DNA of 32,000 nt, from NCBI RefSeq assembly GCF_000011325.1, contig NC_003450.3, forward strand, positions 2,040,001 to 2,072,000. The letters are read 5' to 3'. Shown piece after piece: positions 7,317 to 17,105 of this stretch; the stretch's first letter is position 1, and each line of letters begins with the position of its first letter. Below the pieces are notes generated by a model. That model was given only the letters and a program-made list of their open reading frames with translations. It was not told the DNA's origin and did no database searches. Source of the stretch: Corynebacterium glutamicum ATCC 13032 (lineage in GTDB: Bacteria > Actinomycetota > Actinomycetes > Mycobacteriales > Mycobacteriaceae). Made by a program: the position numbers and the translations under genes.

Positions 7317-8606
7317 CTAGAACTTTGCGTTCTTGCCTTCCCCAATGGAAAGGTACAGGCGCTTCATGATTGGGTACAGCACAATGATGCCTACAGAGCC
7401 CCATGCGATGCCTTCAAGAGTGACTCCGAAAACGGTGAGGGTGAGGTTACCAATGCCTGCAACCAAAGCAACGGCAGCCATGGTCAGATTCACTGGATTG
7501 TTGAAGTTGACCTTGTTGTCTTGCCAGATACGAATGCCGAGCATACCGATTAGGCCGTAAAGAACCAAACATGCCCCACCCAGCACGCCGGCGGGGATGG
7601 TGAAGATCAGTGCACCGAATTTGGGGATGAAGGCAAGGGCGATGGCAGTGCACGCGGCAACCCAGTACGCAGCGGTGGAATATACGCGGGTGGCCGCCAT
7701 GACGCCGATGTTTTCTGCGTAGGTGGTGGTGCCGGATCCGCCGAAGGCACCTGCGAGGGTGGTGCCGAATCCGTCTGCGATAAGTGCGTCGCCGGCGAGG
7801 TCGTCGAGGTCCTCCCCTGTCATCTCTGAGACTGCTTTGACGTGGCCGACGTTTTCAGCGATGAGCACGATGATGACTGGCAGTGTCACCAAAATGGCAG
7901 AGAGCTGGAATTCCGGCTTGTGGAACTGTGGCAGTCCGAACCATGCTGCTTCACGGATGGTGTCTGCTGCGCCTTCTGAGAGGTTGCCGGTGATAGCTGC
8001 GAAAACCCAGCCGATCACCACACCGATCAAAATGCCCAGGCGAGCAATCATTCCGCGGCCTGCAACGGTAGCGATCAAAATGGCAAAGAGGGTCGCCGTG
8101 GCAACCAGTGGTTGGCTGGAGAAGTTTCCTGCCGCGGTTGGTGCCAGGTTCAGGCCGATGAGTGCCACGATCGCACCGGTGACAGCGGGTGGCATGACAG
8201 CATCAATAACGCGTTTGCCCGCTGCTTTCACCACAAATCCAATGGCGACGAGCACGAGACCTGCGACAAGAATGCCACCGATCTGCACGCCAATGCCATG
8301 GACTTGGGTTGCGGTTAAAGGTGCAATGAAAGCAAAAGAACTACCCAGGTACGAGGGTAGTCGGTTTCTGGTGATCAACAGGAACAGGATTGTTCCCAGA
8401 CCAGAGAATAAAAGTGTGGTGTTGACCGGAAATCCGGTGAGTGTGGGAACCAGGAGCGTGGCGCCGAACATGGCGATCACGTGCTGCATACCGATTCCAA
8501 TTGTGCGCCCCCAGCTCAGGCGCTCTTTAGGAGCGACAACTGCGCCGGGTTCGATCTTTTTGCCGTCTCCGTGGACGGTCCATCCCCATGTTGAAGTCAC
8601 GAGCAC
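7317..8606 (-). CDS. uraA: Uracil/xanthine permease (NCS2/NAT family)
   Basis: The 429-aa polytopic protein contains RLSWGRTIGIGMQHVIAMFGATLLVP, GTTTYAENIGVMAATRVYS and FIPKFGALIFTIPAGVLGG, which are NAT-family signature regions. The GTG start is uncertain by a few codons. Confidence 0.88.
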   Translation of the reverse strand: MLVTSTWGWTVHGDGKKIEPGAVVAPKERLSWGRTIGIGMQHVIAMFGATLLVPTLTGFPVNTTLLFSGLGTILFLLITRNRLPSYLGSSFAFIAPLTATQVHGIGVQIGGILVAGLVLVAIGFVVKAAGKRVIDAVMPPAVTGAIVALIGLNLAPTAAGNFSSQPLVATATLFAILIATVAGRGMIARLGILIGVVIGWVFAAITGNLSEGAADTIREAAWFGLPQFHKPEFQLSAILVTLPVIIVLIAENVGHVKAVSEMTGEDLDDLAGDALIADGFGTTLAGAFGGSGTTTYAENIGVMAATRVYSTAAYWVAACTAIALAFIPKFGALIFTIPAGVLGGACLVLYGLIGMLGIRIWQDNKVNFNNPVNLTMAAVALVAGIGNLTLTVFGVTLEGIAWGSVGIIVLYPIMKRLYLSIGEGKNAKF

Positions 8607-8646
8607 TAATTATCGACTCCCAAGGGGGCTCTTGGGAAATCGACAG

Positions 8647-10176
8647 TTAGGCAGAGGTGGGTTCTACAACGTAACTCTGCAGCTCTTGGGCCAATTGGGT
8701 GGGGATACGCACATCCATCAAGGTGCCGTCTTCGGCGTAGTCTTCGCTGAGAACGGTGCCATGCTGGTGCAGGCGGGACACAATATCGCCACGGGTGAAC
8801 GGGATTTTCAGCAGTAGGTGCGCGTCCCTGGAGTTGAGGAATAGTTCGATGCGAGCTTCCAGCTCCTTAATTCCCTCCCCTGTCAGCGCAGAGACAAACA
8901 CCACATCGTCGACGGCGTGGCGTAGTTCTGCCAGCGTCAGCGGATCAGCTTGGTCAATTTTGTTCACCACGATGATCTCTGGTGGTGGCACCGCACCGGT
9001 GGATCGCACAATATCGCTAATCACGGTGTTCACAGCGTCGATCTGCTTCAGCGGGAACGGATCGGATCCATCCACCACGTGCAGCATGAGGTCCGCCTCC
9101 ACGACTTCTTCCAGCGTAGATTTGAACGCCTCAACCAGAGAGGTCGGCAGGTGTCGCACAAAGCCGACGGTGTCCGTGAACACGACGTGTCGGCCGTCGG
9201 CAAGCTCGGCTTTTCTGGTTGTTGGATCAAGCGTGGCGAACAGCGCGTTCTCCACCAGCACACCCGCGCCGGTCATCGCGTTAATCAGCGAAGATTTGCC
9301 GGCGTTCGTGTAGCCAGCGATGGCGATCTGCGGCACCAGGGAGGCTGCGCGTTGCGCTCTTTTAATGCTTCTCGACGTATCCAGCCCCGAAAGTTCCCTG
9401 CGCAGGCGAGCCATATCCGATCGAAGACGACGGCGGTCTGCTTCAATTTTGGTTTCACCTGGACCACGCAGACCCACACCACCATTAGAACCTGCACGAC
9501 CACCGGCCTGCCTGGAGAGGTTTCCACCCCAACCACGCACACGGCTAATCAGGTATTCCATCTGCGCCAACGCGACTTGGGCTTTACCTTCGCGCGATTT
9601 AGCGTGCTGGGCGAAGATATCCAGAATCAGCATGGTGCGGTCAATGACCTTGATATCAAGTTCGCGCTCTAATGCCACGAGCTGGGAAGGGCTAAGTTCA
9701 CCATCGCACACCACGGTATCTGCACTAGTGGCTTCGATGATCTCCTTTAACTCCCGAACCTTGCCGGAACCAATGTAGGTTCCAGGATCTGGTTTATCGC
9801 GCTTTTGGTACAGCGTTTCAATAACCTCAGCGCCGGCGGTATCAGCCAACGCTGCAAGTTCCGCAAGGCTGGCGTCAATTTCTGCGGTGGTACCTTCGGT
9901 CCACACGCCCACTAAGATAACGCGCTCAAGTCGCAGCTTTCGGTACTCAACCTCGTAGCCATCTGCTGCTTCATCAGCGTGGATTTCGGTGTCCCGGCGA
10001 CGTTGGGCATCGCGGGCCTCTAGGTCGAGATCACCAGTTGATGGTTCTTCAGCTCGGATAAAACCACTGAGATCAAAACCTGAGGTCTCGTCAGATCCTG
10101 GGCGCACGGTATTTTTGTGACCGCGGAAGGCCTGAGCGAGAAGTTCATCATGACTTAAGTTTTTCTTTTCATCCAT
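8647..10176 (-). CDS. hflX: GTPase HflX (ribosome-associated)
   Basis: It has an HflX N-terminal domain (LAELAALADTAGAEV...YIGSGKVRELKEII) and G-domain motifs GYTNAGKSSL (G1), DTVGF (G3) and NKID (G4). Confidence 0.95.
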   Translation of the reverse strand: MDEKKNLSHDELLAQAFRGHKNTVRPGSDETSGFDLSGFIRAEEPSTGDLDLEARDAQRRRDTEIHADEAADGYEVEYRKLRLERVILVGVWTEGTTAEIDASLAELAALADTAGAEVIETLYQKRDKPDPGTYIGSGKVRELKEIIEATSADTVVCDGELSPSQLVALERELDIKVIDRTMLILDIFAQHAKSREGKAQVALAQMEYLISRVRGWGGNLSRQAGGRAGSNGGVGLRGPGETKIEADRRRLRSDMARLRRELSGLDTSRSIKRAQRAASLVPQIAIAGYTNAGKSSLINAMTGAGVLVENALFATLDPTTRKAELADGRHVVFTDTVGFVRHLPTSLVEAFKSTLEEVVEADLMLHVVDGSDPFPLKQIDAVNTVISDIVRSTGAVPPPEIIVVNKIDQADPLTLAELRHAVDDVVFVSALTGEGIKELEARIELFLNSRDAHLLLKIPFTRGDIVSRLHQHGTVLSEDYAEDGTLMDVRIPTQLAQELQSYVVEPTSA

Positions 10177-10350
10177 TGTTTATCTATTGTTTCACGTCTG
10201 CTGTCGCCAAGGCTAGGTGTCGGGCAACGCCGTGAGCGATCAAGCCACCATAAACACCTAAATTGAGCGCTCTATTCCATCAACGCGGGGGCAATTTCTC
10301 ACGTGTAGGAAAAGTGACTATTGCCTGTTAAGGGAGTTAGACTAATCGCC

Positions 10351-11109
10351 ATGACTAGCGATCTGAAGACAATCGGTATGGATTTCGCCAAGTGGCAAGA
10401 TGCAGTGGAAGCAGCAATTGCTTCACAGCGTCTCGAGGTAACAGGCGAGGTCCGTGGCGGCCAGCTCATCCAGTTCTCGGATGATTCCGGCGCCCAAATT
10501 AACATTCTGGCTGTCGAGCCTTTTGCCACCTTCGCCGGCTTTAACTCCGCAACAGTCGCTTACGGCCACGTCAGCATGATCAATGATGTGCTGTCCCTGG
10601 TCGATATCATCGATCCTTTCGGCACCCCTGTTGCCACCATTACCTGCAACCTTGCTCAAGGCCCACTGCTTGTTGATGAACCAGTGCAGCGCTGGCAGCA
10701 GATCCGCATTACTGCCCTGGGCATTGATGTTGAGGTCCACGACAATGCAGATGCTTACATCCGCAATGGTGGCGAAACTGTCGGCATGCTGGTTTCTGAA
10801 GGTGCAGAGAAGATTGCCAGCGGCAGCGGCGCTGTCATCCCGGACGCATCCGCAGAGTTTTCCGCACGCGTGTTGTCTGCGGAGTACCGCACCAACACTC
10901 TTACCGGCCAGCGTTTTATCCACGCAACAGTTGATGGCCTCTTCGCTTTTGATGTGTGCCTTCCTGATGCACCAGAACTACCTGCCCGTGACAGCGTGTT
11001 GTCTGGCAAAGTCATGCTGACTGCTGCCGTTATCCCCACTGAGGTCACCGGCTGCGGTGGCTCCGGTGGCGGCTGTGGCTCAGGTAGCTGTGGCTGCGGC
11101 GGACACTAA
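10351..11109 (+). CDS. Uncharacterised soluble protein with a C-terminal Cys/Gly-rich tail
   Basis: MTSDLKTIGMDFAKWQDAVEAAIASQRLEV... ends ...TGCGGSGGGCGSGSCGCGGH (11047-11106). A strong terminator follows. The ATG at 10351 is preferred over the track TTG at 10321 (agggag lies 14 nt upstream), so the start is uncertain. I recognise no family. Confidence 0.7.
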   Translation: MTSDLKTIGMDFAKWQDAVEAAIASQRLEVTGEVRGGQLIQFSDDSGAQINILAVEPFATFAGFNSATVAYGHVSMINDVLSLVDIIDPFGTPVATITCNLAQGPLLVDEPVQRWQQIRITALGIDVEVHDNADAYIRNGGETVGMLVSEGAEKIASGSGAVIPDASAEFSARVLSAEYRTNTLTGQRFIHATVDGLFAFDVCLPDAPELPARDSVLSGKVMLTAAVIPTEVTGCGGSGGGCGSGSCGCGGH

Positions 11110-11130
11110 AATTCTGCACAATTTTTTAAG

Positions 11131-11165
11131 AGGACCCCAGTTCCCGGGGTCCTTTTCCATTTTTT
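11131..11165 (+). terminator. Rho-independent terminator
   Basis: aggacccc (11131-11138) and ggggtcct (11146-11153) form an 8-bp stem with a 7-nt loop. The tail is tttccatttttt. Confidence 0.85.
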
Positions 11166-11305
11166 ACCCAGTACTTGAAACGTGATATATGTCTATTCTG
11201 AAAATCATCGCATAGAATACTGGTGCAATCGTTTACGTTCGCTATTAATGTGACACGTATAAGCCGACACTTTTAACGAAGCGCAGAAGGAGTGAGAGCA
11301 AGAAA

Positions 11306-11845
11306 ATGGGAGAACAACTTCCGTTTGCTAATGGTTCACGCTCCAACAAACTGCCGCTCATCGTCATCGGTTTGTGCTGCATAATGCTGATCCTGTGGCT
11401 TAAACTTCCCGGCGTACTGCTTGCCACCATCATTGGGGTTGCCACGATGAGTGTGATGCGGATGCGCACCTCCACCCCAGAAACTGCCTCGCTGGTTACT
11501 TCTATTCGGCTGTCTGCGGAAGATATTTCCGATGTGCAACATGAGTGGCAGCAGTTTTTGACCTCCCCCGAGGCCGATGCGCTGGCTGATCGCACGCTTG
11601 TCCGTCCCGCACTGGCGGATCCAGATTGTGGCGATAAGGCTATCGAGAAATTTCATTATGAAATCAGCAATGCCAATCGCTTCTTGGGCAGGTTGGACGC
11701 TCGTCTGCAACAAAACCTCGTGGTCAGTGAGCTAGAAACACTTCTCAAAGTAACGGACGAGCGCGCACTAGAGCTGCGGGAAACGTGGCTGGATGCGCGT
11801 AAAGCGGCCCAGAAACTTGGGCCGAACTACAATCGCGAATCTTAG
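11306..11845 (+). CDS. Uncharacterised membrane protein (N-terminal hydrophobic segment(s), charged helical C-terminal domain)
   Basis: [36 protein letters not shown] is one or two TM helices, followed by a helical acidic/basic domain. The SD aaggag lies 13 nt upstream. The stop overlaps the dapF stop by 4 bp. Confidence 0.65.
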   Translation: MGEQLPFANGSRSNKLPLIVIGLCCIMLILWLKLPGVLLATIIGVATMSVMRMRTSTPETASLVTSIRLSAEDISDVQHEWQQFLTSPEADALADRTLVRPALADPDCGDKAIEKFHYEISNANRFLGRLDARLQQNLVVSELETLLKVTDERALELRETWLDARKAAQKLGPNYNRES

Positions 11846-12675
11846 ATCTGCACCTCACCGAGTGCGATGATGGCGCTTGGGCCGGTGAGTGTGGAGCCGT
11901 CGTCAAAGATCTGGACTTCTACTTCCCCACCTGGAACGCACACTTTAACTGTGCCTTCTCCCAATCCAGCATCAGCTAAAGCAGCACACGCTGCAGCAAC
12001 GGTTCCCGTGCCACAGGAGCGGGTTTCGCCCACTCCGCGTTCCCACACGCGCATCGATACTGCGTCATCTTCTAATTCTGTGACGATTTCTACGTTCACA
12101 CCGTGGGGGAAGAATTCCTGATCAAACGTAGGTGCGCGCAGTTCCATATCGGCAAGAGCCGACGCACTTAAGCCCGGCACAACGCACGCTAGGTGTGGGT
12201 TACCCATATCAACGCCAAGGCCAGCGAATACTTGGCCGTTGATGTCGCAGGTGGATAATCCCGTGACGTCAGGGATGCCCATATCAACGCGGACCTGCGC
12301 AGAATGTTGATCTGCCTGCAAAATATCAACGTGGCGGACACCGGCGCGGGTACCGATATCAAAGCTCGTATTATCAACAAGACCGCGGGAGTACAGCCAG
12401 TGCGCGAACAGGCGCACACCATTGCCGCACATTTCAGCCAAAGATCCATCGGCGTTGCGGTAATCCATGAACCACAGCGATGGGTCGACCGTGGAGCCTT
12501 CTACGTCTGCAGCTTTAACCACGCGGAGGATACCATCAGCACCGATCCCGGCGCGGCGGTCACACAGCGTGACCACCATTTCTGGAGTTAAATCTAGGCG
12601 CGCATCCTCATCGGGGATGATGATGAAGTCGTTTTCGGTGGCGTGGCCTTTGGCAAAGGGGATGGTCAAATTCAC
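11842..12675 (-). CDS. dapF: Diaminopimelate epimerase
   Basis: [17 protein letters not shown] is the N-terminal motif. The catalytic cysteines lie in MCGNGVR and SCGTGTVAA. Confidence 0.95.
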   Translation of the reverse strand: MNLTIPFAKGHATENDFIIIPDEDARLDLTPEMVVTLCDRRAGIGADGILRVVKAADVEGSTVDPSLWFMDYRNADGSLAEMCGNGVRLFAHWLYSRGLVDNTSFDIGTRAGVRHVDILQADQHSAQVRVDMGIPDVTGLSTCDINGQVFAGLGVDMGNPHLACVVPGLSASALADMELRAPTFDQEFFPHGVNVEIVTELEDDAVSMRVWERGVGETRSCGTGTVAAACAALADAGLGEGTVKVCVPGGEVEVQIFDDGSTLTGPSAIIALGEVQI

Positions 12676-12680
12676 CCTCG

Positions 12681-13586
12681 CTATTGTAGACCCAAAATCT
12701 CCAAGGCTTGTGCGGTGGGATCGCCAGAGGCGTCGACCCAGGACACGCGGTGGTCTCTGTTGAACCAGCTGCGTTGGCGCCTGACATAGCGTCTGGTTCC
12801 GGTGACCGTGCGTTCGAAGGCGTCTTCCCAGGTCATCTCCCCTGCCATGGCTGCCAGTACTTGGGAGTAGCCGATTGCTCGTCCCGCGGTGGAGTCAGCG
12901 ATGAGTCCTTGCTGCACAAGGTGTTCCACTTCGGCGACAAAGCCTTGTTCAAACATCCTGGCGGTGCGCTGCTCGATGCGTGGATTTAGCCATTCTGGAG
13001 TGGTTTTCAGGCCAATGATTCGAGTTCCCCAGCGAGGTGGCGCGTCTTTGGGCGGTTGGCTTGCTTGGAAGGGCTGGCCGGTTAGTTCAATGACTTCTAA
13101 TGCTCGGACGGTGCGTCGGGGATCATTGCTTTCGATGACGGCTGCTGCTTCTGGGTCAAGCTGAGTAAGTTCAGCGTGTAGTGCTTCGACACCGATGTCT
13201 GCCAAGCGGGCCTCAAAGCGTGCGCGAACAGCGCTGTCGGTAGGTGGGAATTGCCAATCATCGACCAAAGATTGGACGTACAACATGGAGCCGCCAACCA
13301 AGATGGGGGTTTTGCCACGGGACATAATATCTTCCACATCGGCAACGGCGTCGGATTGAAACCTCGCCACTGACGCAGTTTCGGTAACGTCCCAGACATC
13401 GAGCTGATGATGCGCAATGCCTTCGCGTTCTTCGACAGTCAGCTTTGCCGTGCCGATGTCCATGCCTTTGTACAGCTGCATGGAATCCACATTGACTACT
13501 TCACCGTCAAGCTTGTGGGCTAGAGCAATTCCCAAAGCTGATTTTCCAGATGCAGTGGGTCCAACCACTGCGATCGGTGTTACCAC
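12681..13586 (-). CDS. miaA: tRNA dimethylallyltransferase (i6A37 synthase)
   Basis: [19 protein letters not shown] is the P-loop, followed by [18 protein letters not shown]. The gene lies 5 nt upstream of dapF. Confidence 0.95.
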   Translation of the reverse strand: MVTPIAVVGPTASGKSALGIALAHKLDGEVVNVDSMQLYKGMDIGTAKLTVEEREGIAHHQLDVWDVTETASVARFQSDAVADVEDIMSRGKTPILVGGSMLYVQSLVDDWQFPPTDSAVRARFEARLADIGVEALHAELTQLDPEAAAVIESNDPRRTVRALEVIELTGQPFQASQPPKDAPPRWGTRIIGLKTTPEWLNPRIEQRTARMFEQGFVAEVEHLVQQGLIADSTAGRAIGYSQVLAAMAGEMTWEDAFERTVTGTRRYVRRQRSWFNRDHRVSWVDASGDPTAQALEILGLQ

Positions 13587-13605
13587 GATCTAGATCTCCC
13601 TTAAG

Positions 13606-14226
13606 TTAAAAAGTCCAGCGAGCAACGTAGCGTCCCACGCCGTGTGTGTCGTCGCTGTCGAGAAGTTGAGCAGTTGACGCTTCTGTTGCCACGGCGGATA
13701 AGTCGAGCCAGAGCTGTGGTTCGCGGAGGGAGGCGTCGATAAGCGTGCTGGTGCTGGGCACTTCCCCGGGCTTTCCAGACAGCAATGAGCGGCACCAGGC
13801 GTCGATGTTGGACGCGCCGGGCACGAGTGCGGACGGCGCGCGGGTGGTCAAGCCCGTGGGGCCGTCAAGGGCAAGCACCGTAACCGTGTTGTCGTTGACG
13901 CTACCCAACCGATCGCGCACATGAGTTACACGCGATTCGAAACCACCCAGCGCGACACGCTGCAAAATTTCCGGCAAATAATGTCCGTCAGAAACCTGCA
14001 CGCTCGGTGCACCCCAGGCCCGCAGATTTCCCGCATGCTTGGTAAACCACGCCTCATCCCGGGAGCCAACCAACTCGATCGGGCGATCATCATTAGCCAG
14101 TTCCGCATCAAAAACTGCACGTAACGACGCCAACAAGCGCGCCCCCGCAGCATCCGCTGGTGCCAGTTCAGGTACCAGCGCCGGACTTCCAGGCATGATA
14201 ATCAGCGTTGCATTCACGTCTTCCAC
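13606..14226 (-). CDS. Conserved hypothetical protein, first gene of the (hyp)-miaA-dapF operon
   Basis: (V)EDVNATLIIMPGSPALVPELAPADAAGARLLASLRAVFD... has coding-like composition and lies 19 nt upstream of miaA. I prefer the GTG at 14226 (aggatagg upstream) over the track start at 14283. No family is recognised. Confidence 0.6.
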   Translation of the reverse strand: MEDVNATLIIMPGSPALVPELAPADAAGARLLASLRAVFDAELANDDRPIELVGSRDEAWFTKHAGNLRAWGAPSVQVSDGHYLPEILQRVALGGFESRVTHVRDRLGSVNDNTVTVLALDGPTGLTTRAPSALVPGASNIDAWCRSLLSGKPGEVPSTSTLIDASLREPQLWLDLSAVATEASTAQLLDSDDTHGVGRYVARWTF

Positions 14227-14402
14227 CCTATCCTGCCCACCGAAATTGCTGGGCAAACACCTCTCCTGAGCGCGGTTTTTCAAGATAGTGCACCCTATCT
14301 GGCTGACACCTCCTATGGCACGCGGTATGTTTAATAAACGTAATTCGAGTTTCGGCGGCCGTGTCGCGCGGCCAGGACGACCCTAGCTTTTAAGGACCCA
14401 CC

Positions 14403-15764
14403 ATGACTGAGAACCAGACTCCCAGCTCCACCTCTGCACCGAAGCCGGGACCTCGCCCGGGCCCACGGCCAGGCCCCCGACCTGGGGCTCAGGTTGCTGC
14501 AAAGAAAGCTGCGGTTGCTACACCTGCGCCGATCGCCAAAACTTCTAACGATCCTGCAAAGTTTGGTCGCGTTGAGGCAGACGGATCTGCATATGTCACC
14601 ACCTCTGCTGGCGAGCGTCTGATTGGTTCTTGGCAGGCCGGCACCCCTGAGGAAGGTCTTGCTCACTACGGCGCCCGTTTTGATGATCTGGCCACCGAAG
14701 TTGAGCTCATGGAACAGCGCCTAATCTCCCACCCTGATGATGCGACCTCCATCCGCACGAAGGCTGAAGAACTCAAGGCAACCCTGCCCACCATCGCTGC
14801 GATCGGTGACCTTGATGGCGTTGAAGCTCGCCTGTCCAAGATCATCAACAACTCCGAGGAAGCCAACGAGCGCGCCAAGGAACAAAAGGCTAAAAACCGT
14901 GAGCGCGCAGTAGCTCGCAAGGAAGAGCTCGCTGTTGAGGCTGAAACCTTGGCAGAAAACTCCTCCGACTGGAAGGTTGCTGGCGACCGCATCCGCGCCA
15001 TCCTGGATGAGTGGAAGTCCATCCACGGCATCGACCGCAAGACCGATGATGAACTGTGGAAACGCTACTCCCGTGCGCGTGACTCCTTCAACCGTCGCCG
15101 CGGCGCACACTTCGCAGAGCTGGATCGCACCCGCGCATCTGCACGCAAACTCAAGGAAGAACTCGTTGAGCGCGCCAATGCTCTCAAGGAATCCACTGAG
15201 TGGAACGACACCGCCCGCGCATTCCGCGATCTCATGACCGAATGGAAAGCCGCCGGCCGCGCACCACGCGAAATCGACGACAAGCTGTGGGCAGCATTCA
15301 AGGGCGCCCAGGACTACTTCTTTGATAAGCGCAACGCCGTAGCCAAGGAACGCGACCAGGAATTCGAAGCCAACGCAACCGCAAAGCAGCAGCTCATCGA
15401 CGAATACGACGCACAGATCAACCCCGAGCAGGGCCTCGATGGAGCGCGCAGCAAGCTCCGCGAACTGCAGGAAAAGTGGGAAGAAATCGGCTTCGTTCCA
15501 CGTGGCGTTGTCCGCGAATTCGAAGAGAAGATCGCCGTGCTGGAAAAGCGCGTCTCCGCTGCTGAGGAATCCCAGTGGCGCCGCACCGACCCAGAAGCAC
15601 AGGCACGCGCAGACCAGTTCTCCGCGAAGGTCGCCGAGTTCAACGCTCAAGCAGACGCCGCCGAAGCCAAGGGCAACTCCAAGAAGGCTGAGAAGCTGCG
15701 CGCACAGGCTGCACAGTGGGCAGAATGGTCCCGCGCCGCACATGAGGCAGTTGACCAGCTGTAA
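14403..15764 (+). CDS. DUF349-repeat protein with a Pro/Gly/Arg-rich N-terminus
   Basis: The N-terminus is PKPGPRPGPRPGPRPG. Helical repeats then recur with W..I...D.ELW.R/F...F (DELWKRYSRARDSFNRRR, DKLWAAFKGAQDYFFDKRNA, EKWEEIGFVPR), typical of DUF349. The SD aaggac lies 7 nt upstream. Confidence 0.8.
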   Translation: MTENQTPSSTSAPKPGPRPGPRPGPRPGAQVAAKKAAVATPAPIAKTSNDPAKFGRVEADGSAYVTTSAGERLIGSWQAGTPEEGLAHYGARFDDLATEVELMEQRLISHPDDATSIRTKAEELKATLPTIAAIGDLDGVEARLSKIINNSEEANERAKEQKAKNRERAVARKEELAVEAETLAENSSDWKVAGDRIRAILDEWKSIHGIDRKTDDELWKRYSRARDSFNRRRGAHFAELDRTRASARKLKEELVERANALKESTEWNDTARAFRDLMTEWKAAGRAPREIDDKLWAAFKGAQDYFFDKRNAVAKERDQEFEANATAKQQLIDEYDAQINPEQGLDGARSKLRELQEKWEEIGFVPRGVVREFEEKIAVLEKRVSAAEESQWRRTDPEAQARADQFSAKVAEFNAQADAAEAKGNSKKAEKLRAQAAQWAEWSRAAHEAVDQL

Positions 15765-16790
15765 ATGAAGTTCTCCAAATTAGCGGACCAGGTCTGGGGC
15801 GAAGAACCCGATGATCAGGTCCGCTCCTTTGTGTTCATGTCCAACCTGGATGCCCAAGAAACCGCCAACACCATGGACGTGTCCGTCTCCGTGGAGCGCA
15901 TCCACGCCGATCTTTGCGGCAACACTGAGCTCGCCTCCGAACTGCACTACACGCCCGATGAATGGGACGAGGCCCAAGGCTGGGTAAAAATCAACTACCC
16001 GCTTATCGACGACACCGCCTCAGCCAGCCTCGACGTCGTCCTCGACGCCACCTTCCAGCCCCTACCGGGCCAGCCCTTTGAGGGCGAGGCTTTAACGCTT
16101 ATCGACGCCCTCCTCCACCACGCCGAAAACGTCGCAGCCTCCAACCCCTGGAAGCGCACCACCTTCCACACCGCTCACATGCACCCTCCAGGGAGTAATG
16201 CGGATTGTGACTACTGCCTGGTGCTGCAACGCCGCGGATACGTTAAAGCCCACGAAGAAATCCAACAAACCATCCCGCTTCCTTCAGGTGACTGGTCCGC
16301 TGGAGAATTCACCGTGGTGGACGTTGAAGGCACCGCCTTCCCAAGCGCGCTGATCCCCAGCATCGTGGAACTCCAACACCGCGCAGCCCTCGATGTGCCC
16401 CACGGAAACTTAAGTGTTGCGCCTGCACAGTGGGATGAACACCGCTTGGCGCAGCAATCTGAAAGAATCCTTAAAACAGGAACGAAACTGTTCACCGTAC
16501 TGTTTGCCGAAGGATCCACAGTCGCTGCCATGTCCTCCATCGCGATTCCCCCAGGCTCCAACCCTGACATCGCCGAACAGGGACTGACCATCGTGCACCC
16601 AGATTTCAGAGGCCGTGGTCTTGGAACCGCTGTGAAATTAGCGGGACTGTCACTACTTTCGAGGTGCCACCCAGAAATTCAACGCGTAGCCACCTCAAAT
16701 GCAGTAGACAACCATGCGATGCTGGCGATTAACCGCTCCATAGGGGCAACAGAGATCGCCCGAACCACCCTGTGGGAGAAGAAACTCTAG
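15765..16790 (+). CDS. GNAT-family N-acetyltransferase with an uncharacterised N-terminal domain
   Basis: The C-terminal GLTIVHPDFRGRGLGTAVKLAGL is GNAT motif A (R-x-x-G-x-G/A). The ATG directly abuts the DUF349 stop (TAAATG), suggesting co-transcription. Confidence 0.8.
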   Translation: MKFSKLADQVWGEEPDDQVRSFVFMSNLDAQETANTMDVSVSVERIHADLCGNTELASELHYTPDEWDEAQGWVKINYPLIDDTASASLDVVLDATFQPLPGQPFEGEALTLIDALLHHAENVAASNPWKRTTFHTAHMHPPGSNADCDYCLVLQRRGYVKAHEEIQQTIPLPSGDWSAGEFTVVDVEGTAFPSALIPSIVELQHRAALDVPHGNLSVAPAQWDEHRLAQQSERILKTGTKLFTVLFAEGSTVAAMSSIAIPPGSNPDIAEQGLTIVHPDFRGRGLGTAVKLAGLSLLSRCHPEIQRVATSNAVDNHAMLAINRSIGATEIARTTLWEKKL

Positions 16791-16802
16791 GTGATGGAAT
16801 TC

Positions 16803-16841
16803 GAGACCAAGGACGCGGTTTTCTAGACTTCCTTTGGTCTC
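16803..16841 (+). terminator. Stem-loop downstream of the GNAT gene (putative terminator, no clear U tract)
   Basis: gagaccaagga (16803-16813) pairs with tcctttggtctc (16830-16841) with a one-base bulge. It begins 13 nt after the stop. Confidence 0.45.
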
Positions 16842-17066
16842 AAATGCACATTTCGAGAGCCGATTAGTGTCTTTTTAGGCCAAAAGCTCAGCGCCAGTAA
16901 GTGCGCTTGGTTTATTTCGACAGTTCGCAGCGAAGAGAGGGTAAAACTTGACCCCAACCTGAAAAAAGCGACCTCACAGAATGGCTTCTAAGCGCCTAAA
17001 CACCTCAAGGCGATACAAACACTCATTCGAGAAAAACGAGCCTTTAAATCGCATCCCAGGCGGGCA

Positions 17067-17105
17067 CGGAAAAGCGGTTGACCACTTGTATCGTGATCAA
17101 CCGCT
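17067..17105 (-). terminator. Rho-independent terminator of the miaB-membrane protein operon
   Basis: agcggttga (17073-17081) and tcaaccgct (17097-17105) form a 9-bp stem. The minus-strand tail is ttttcc, and the hairpin starts 11 nt after the stop at 17117. Confidence 0.7.

Noticed and set aside
8607-8646. The hairpin cccaag-ggggct-cttggg between hflX and the permease gene as a terminator.
   Set aside because: The stem is only 6-7 bp with no U tract, and it overlaps the likely SD (gggag) of the permease. It is too weak to call, and the two genes may be co-transcribed.
7723-8817. A 364-aa plus-strand ORF antisense to the uracil permease. Similar long antisense ORFs occur at 3400-4542 and 4996-5640 (opposite ptsF), 8950-9672 (opposite hflX), 14721-15743 (opposite DUF349), 17909-18718 (opposite miaB), 28544-29395 (opposite pspA) and 2455-3123 (opposite pfkB).
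   Set aside because: Each is fully overlapped by a CDS with unmistakable family motifs on the other strand. Their products are Ala/Arg/Ser/Pro/Gly/Leu-biased low-complexity strings without SD sequences. This is the usual stop-codon-poor antisense frame artefact of GC-rich coding DNA.
14436-14483. The PGPR x3 repeat (PKPGPRPGPRPGPRPG) at the DUF349 N-terminus as a slippage-prone or phase-variable tract.
   Set aside because: The DNA copies use different synonymous codons (ccg gga cct cgc / ccg ggc cca cgg / cca ggc ccc cga), so there is no perfect nucleotide repeat to slip. It is an ordinary disordered N-terminal linker.
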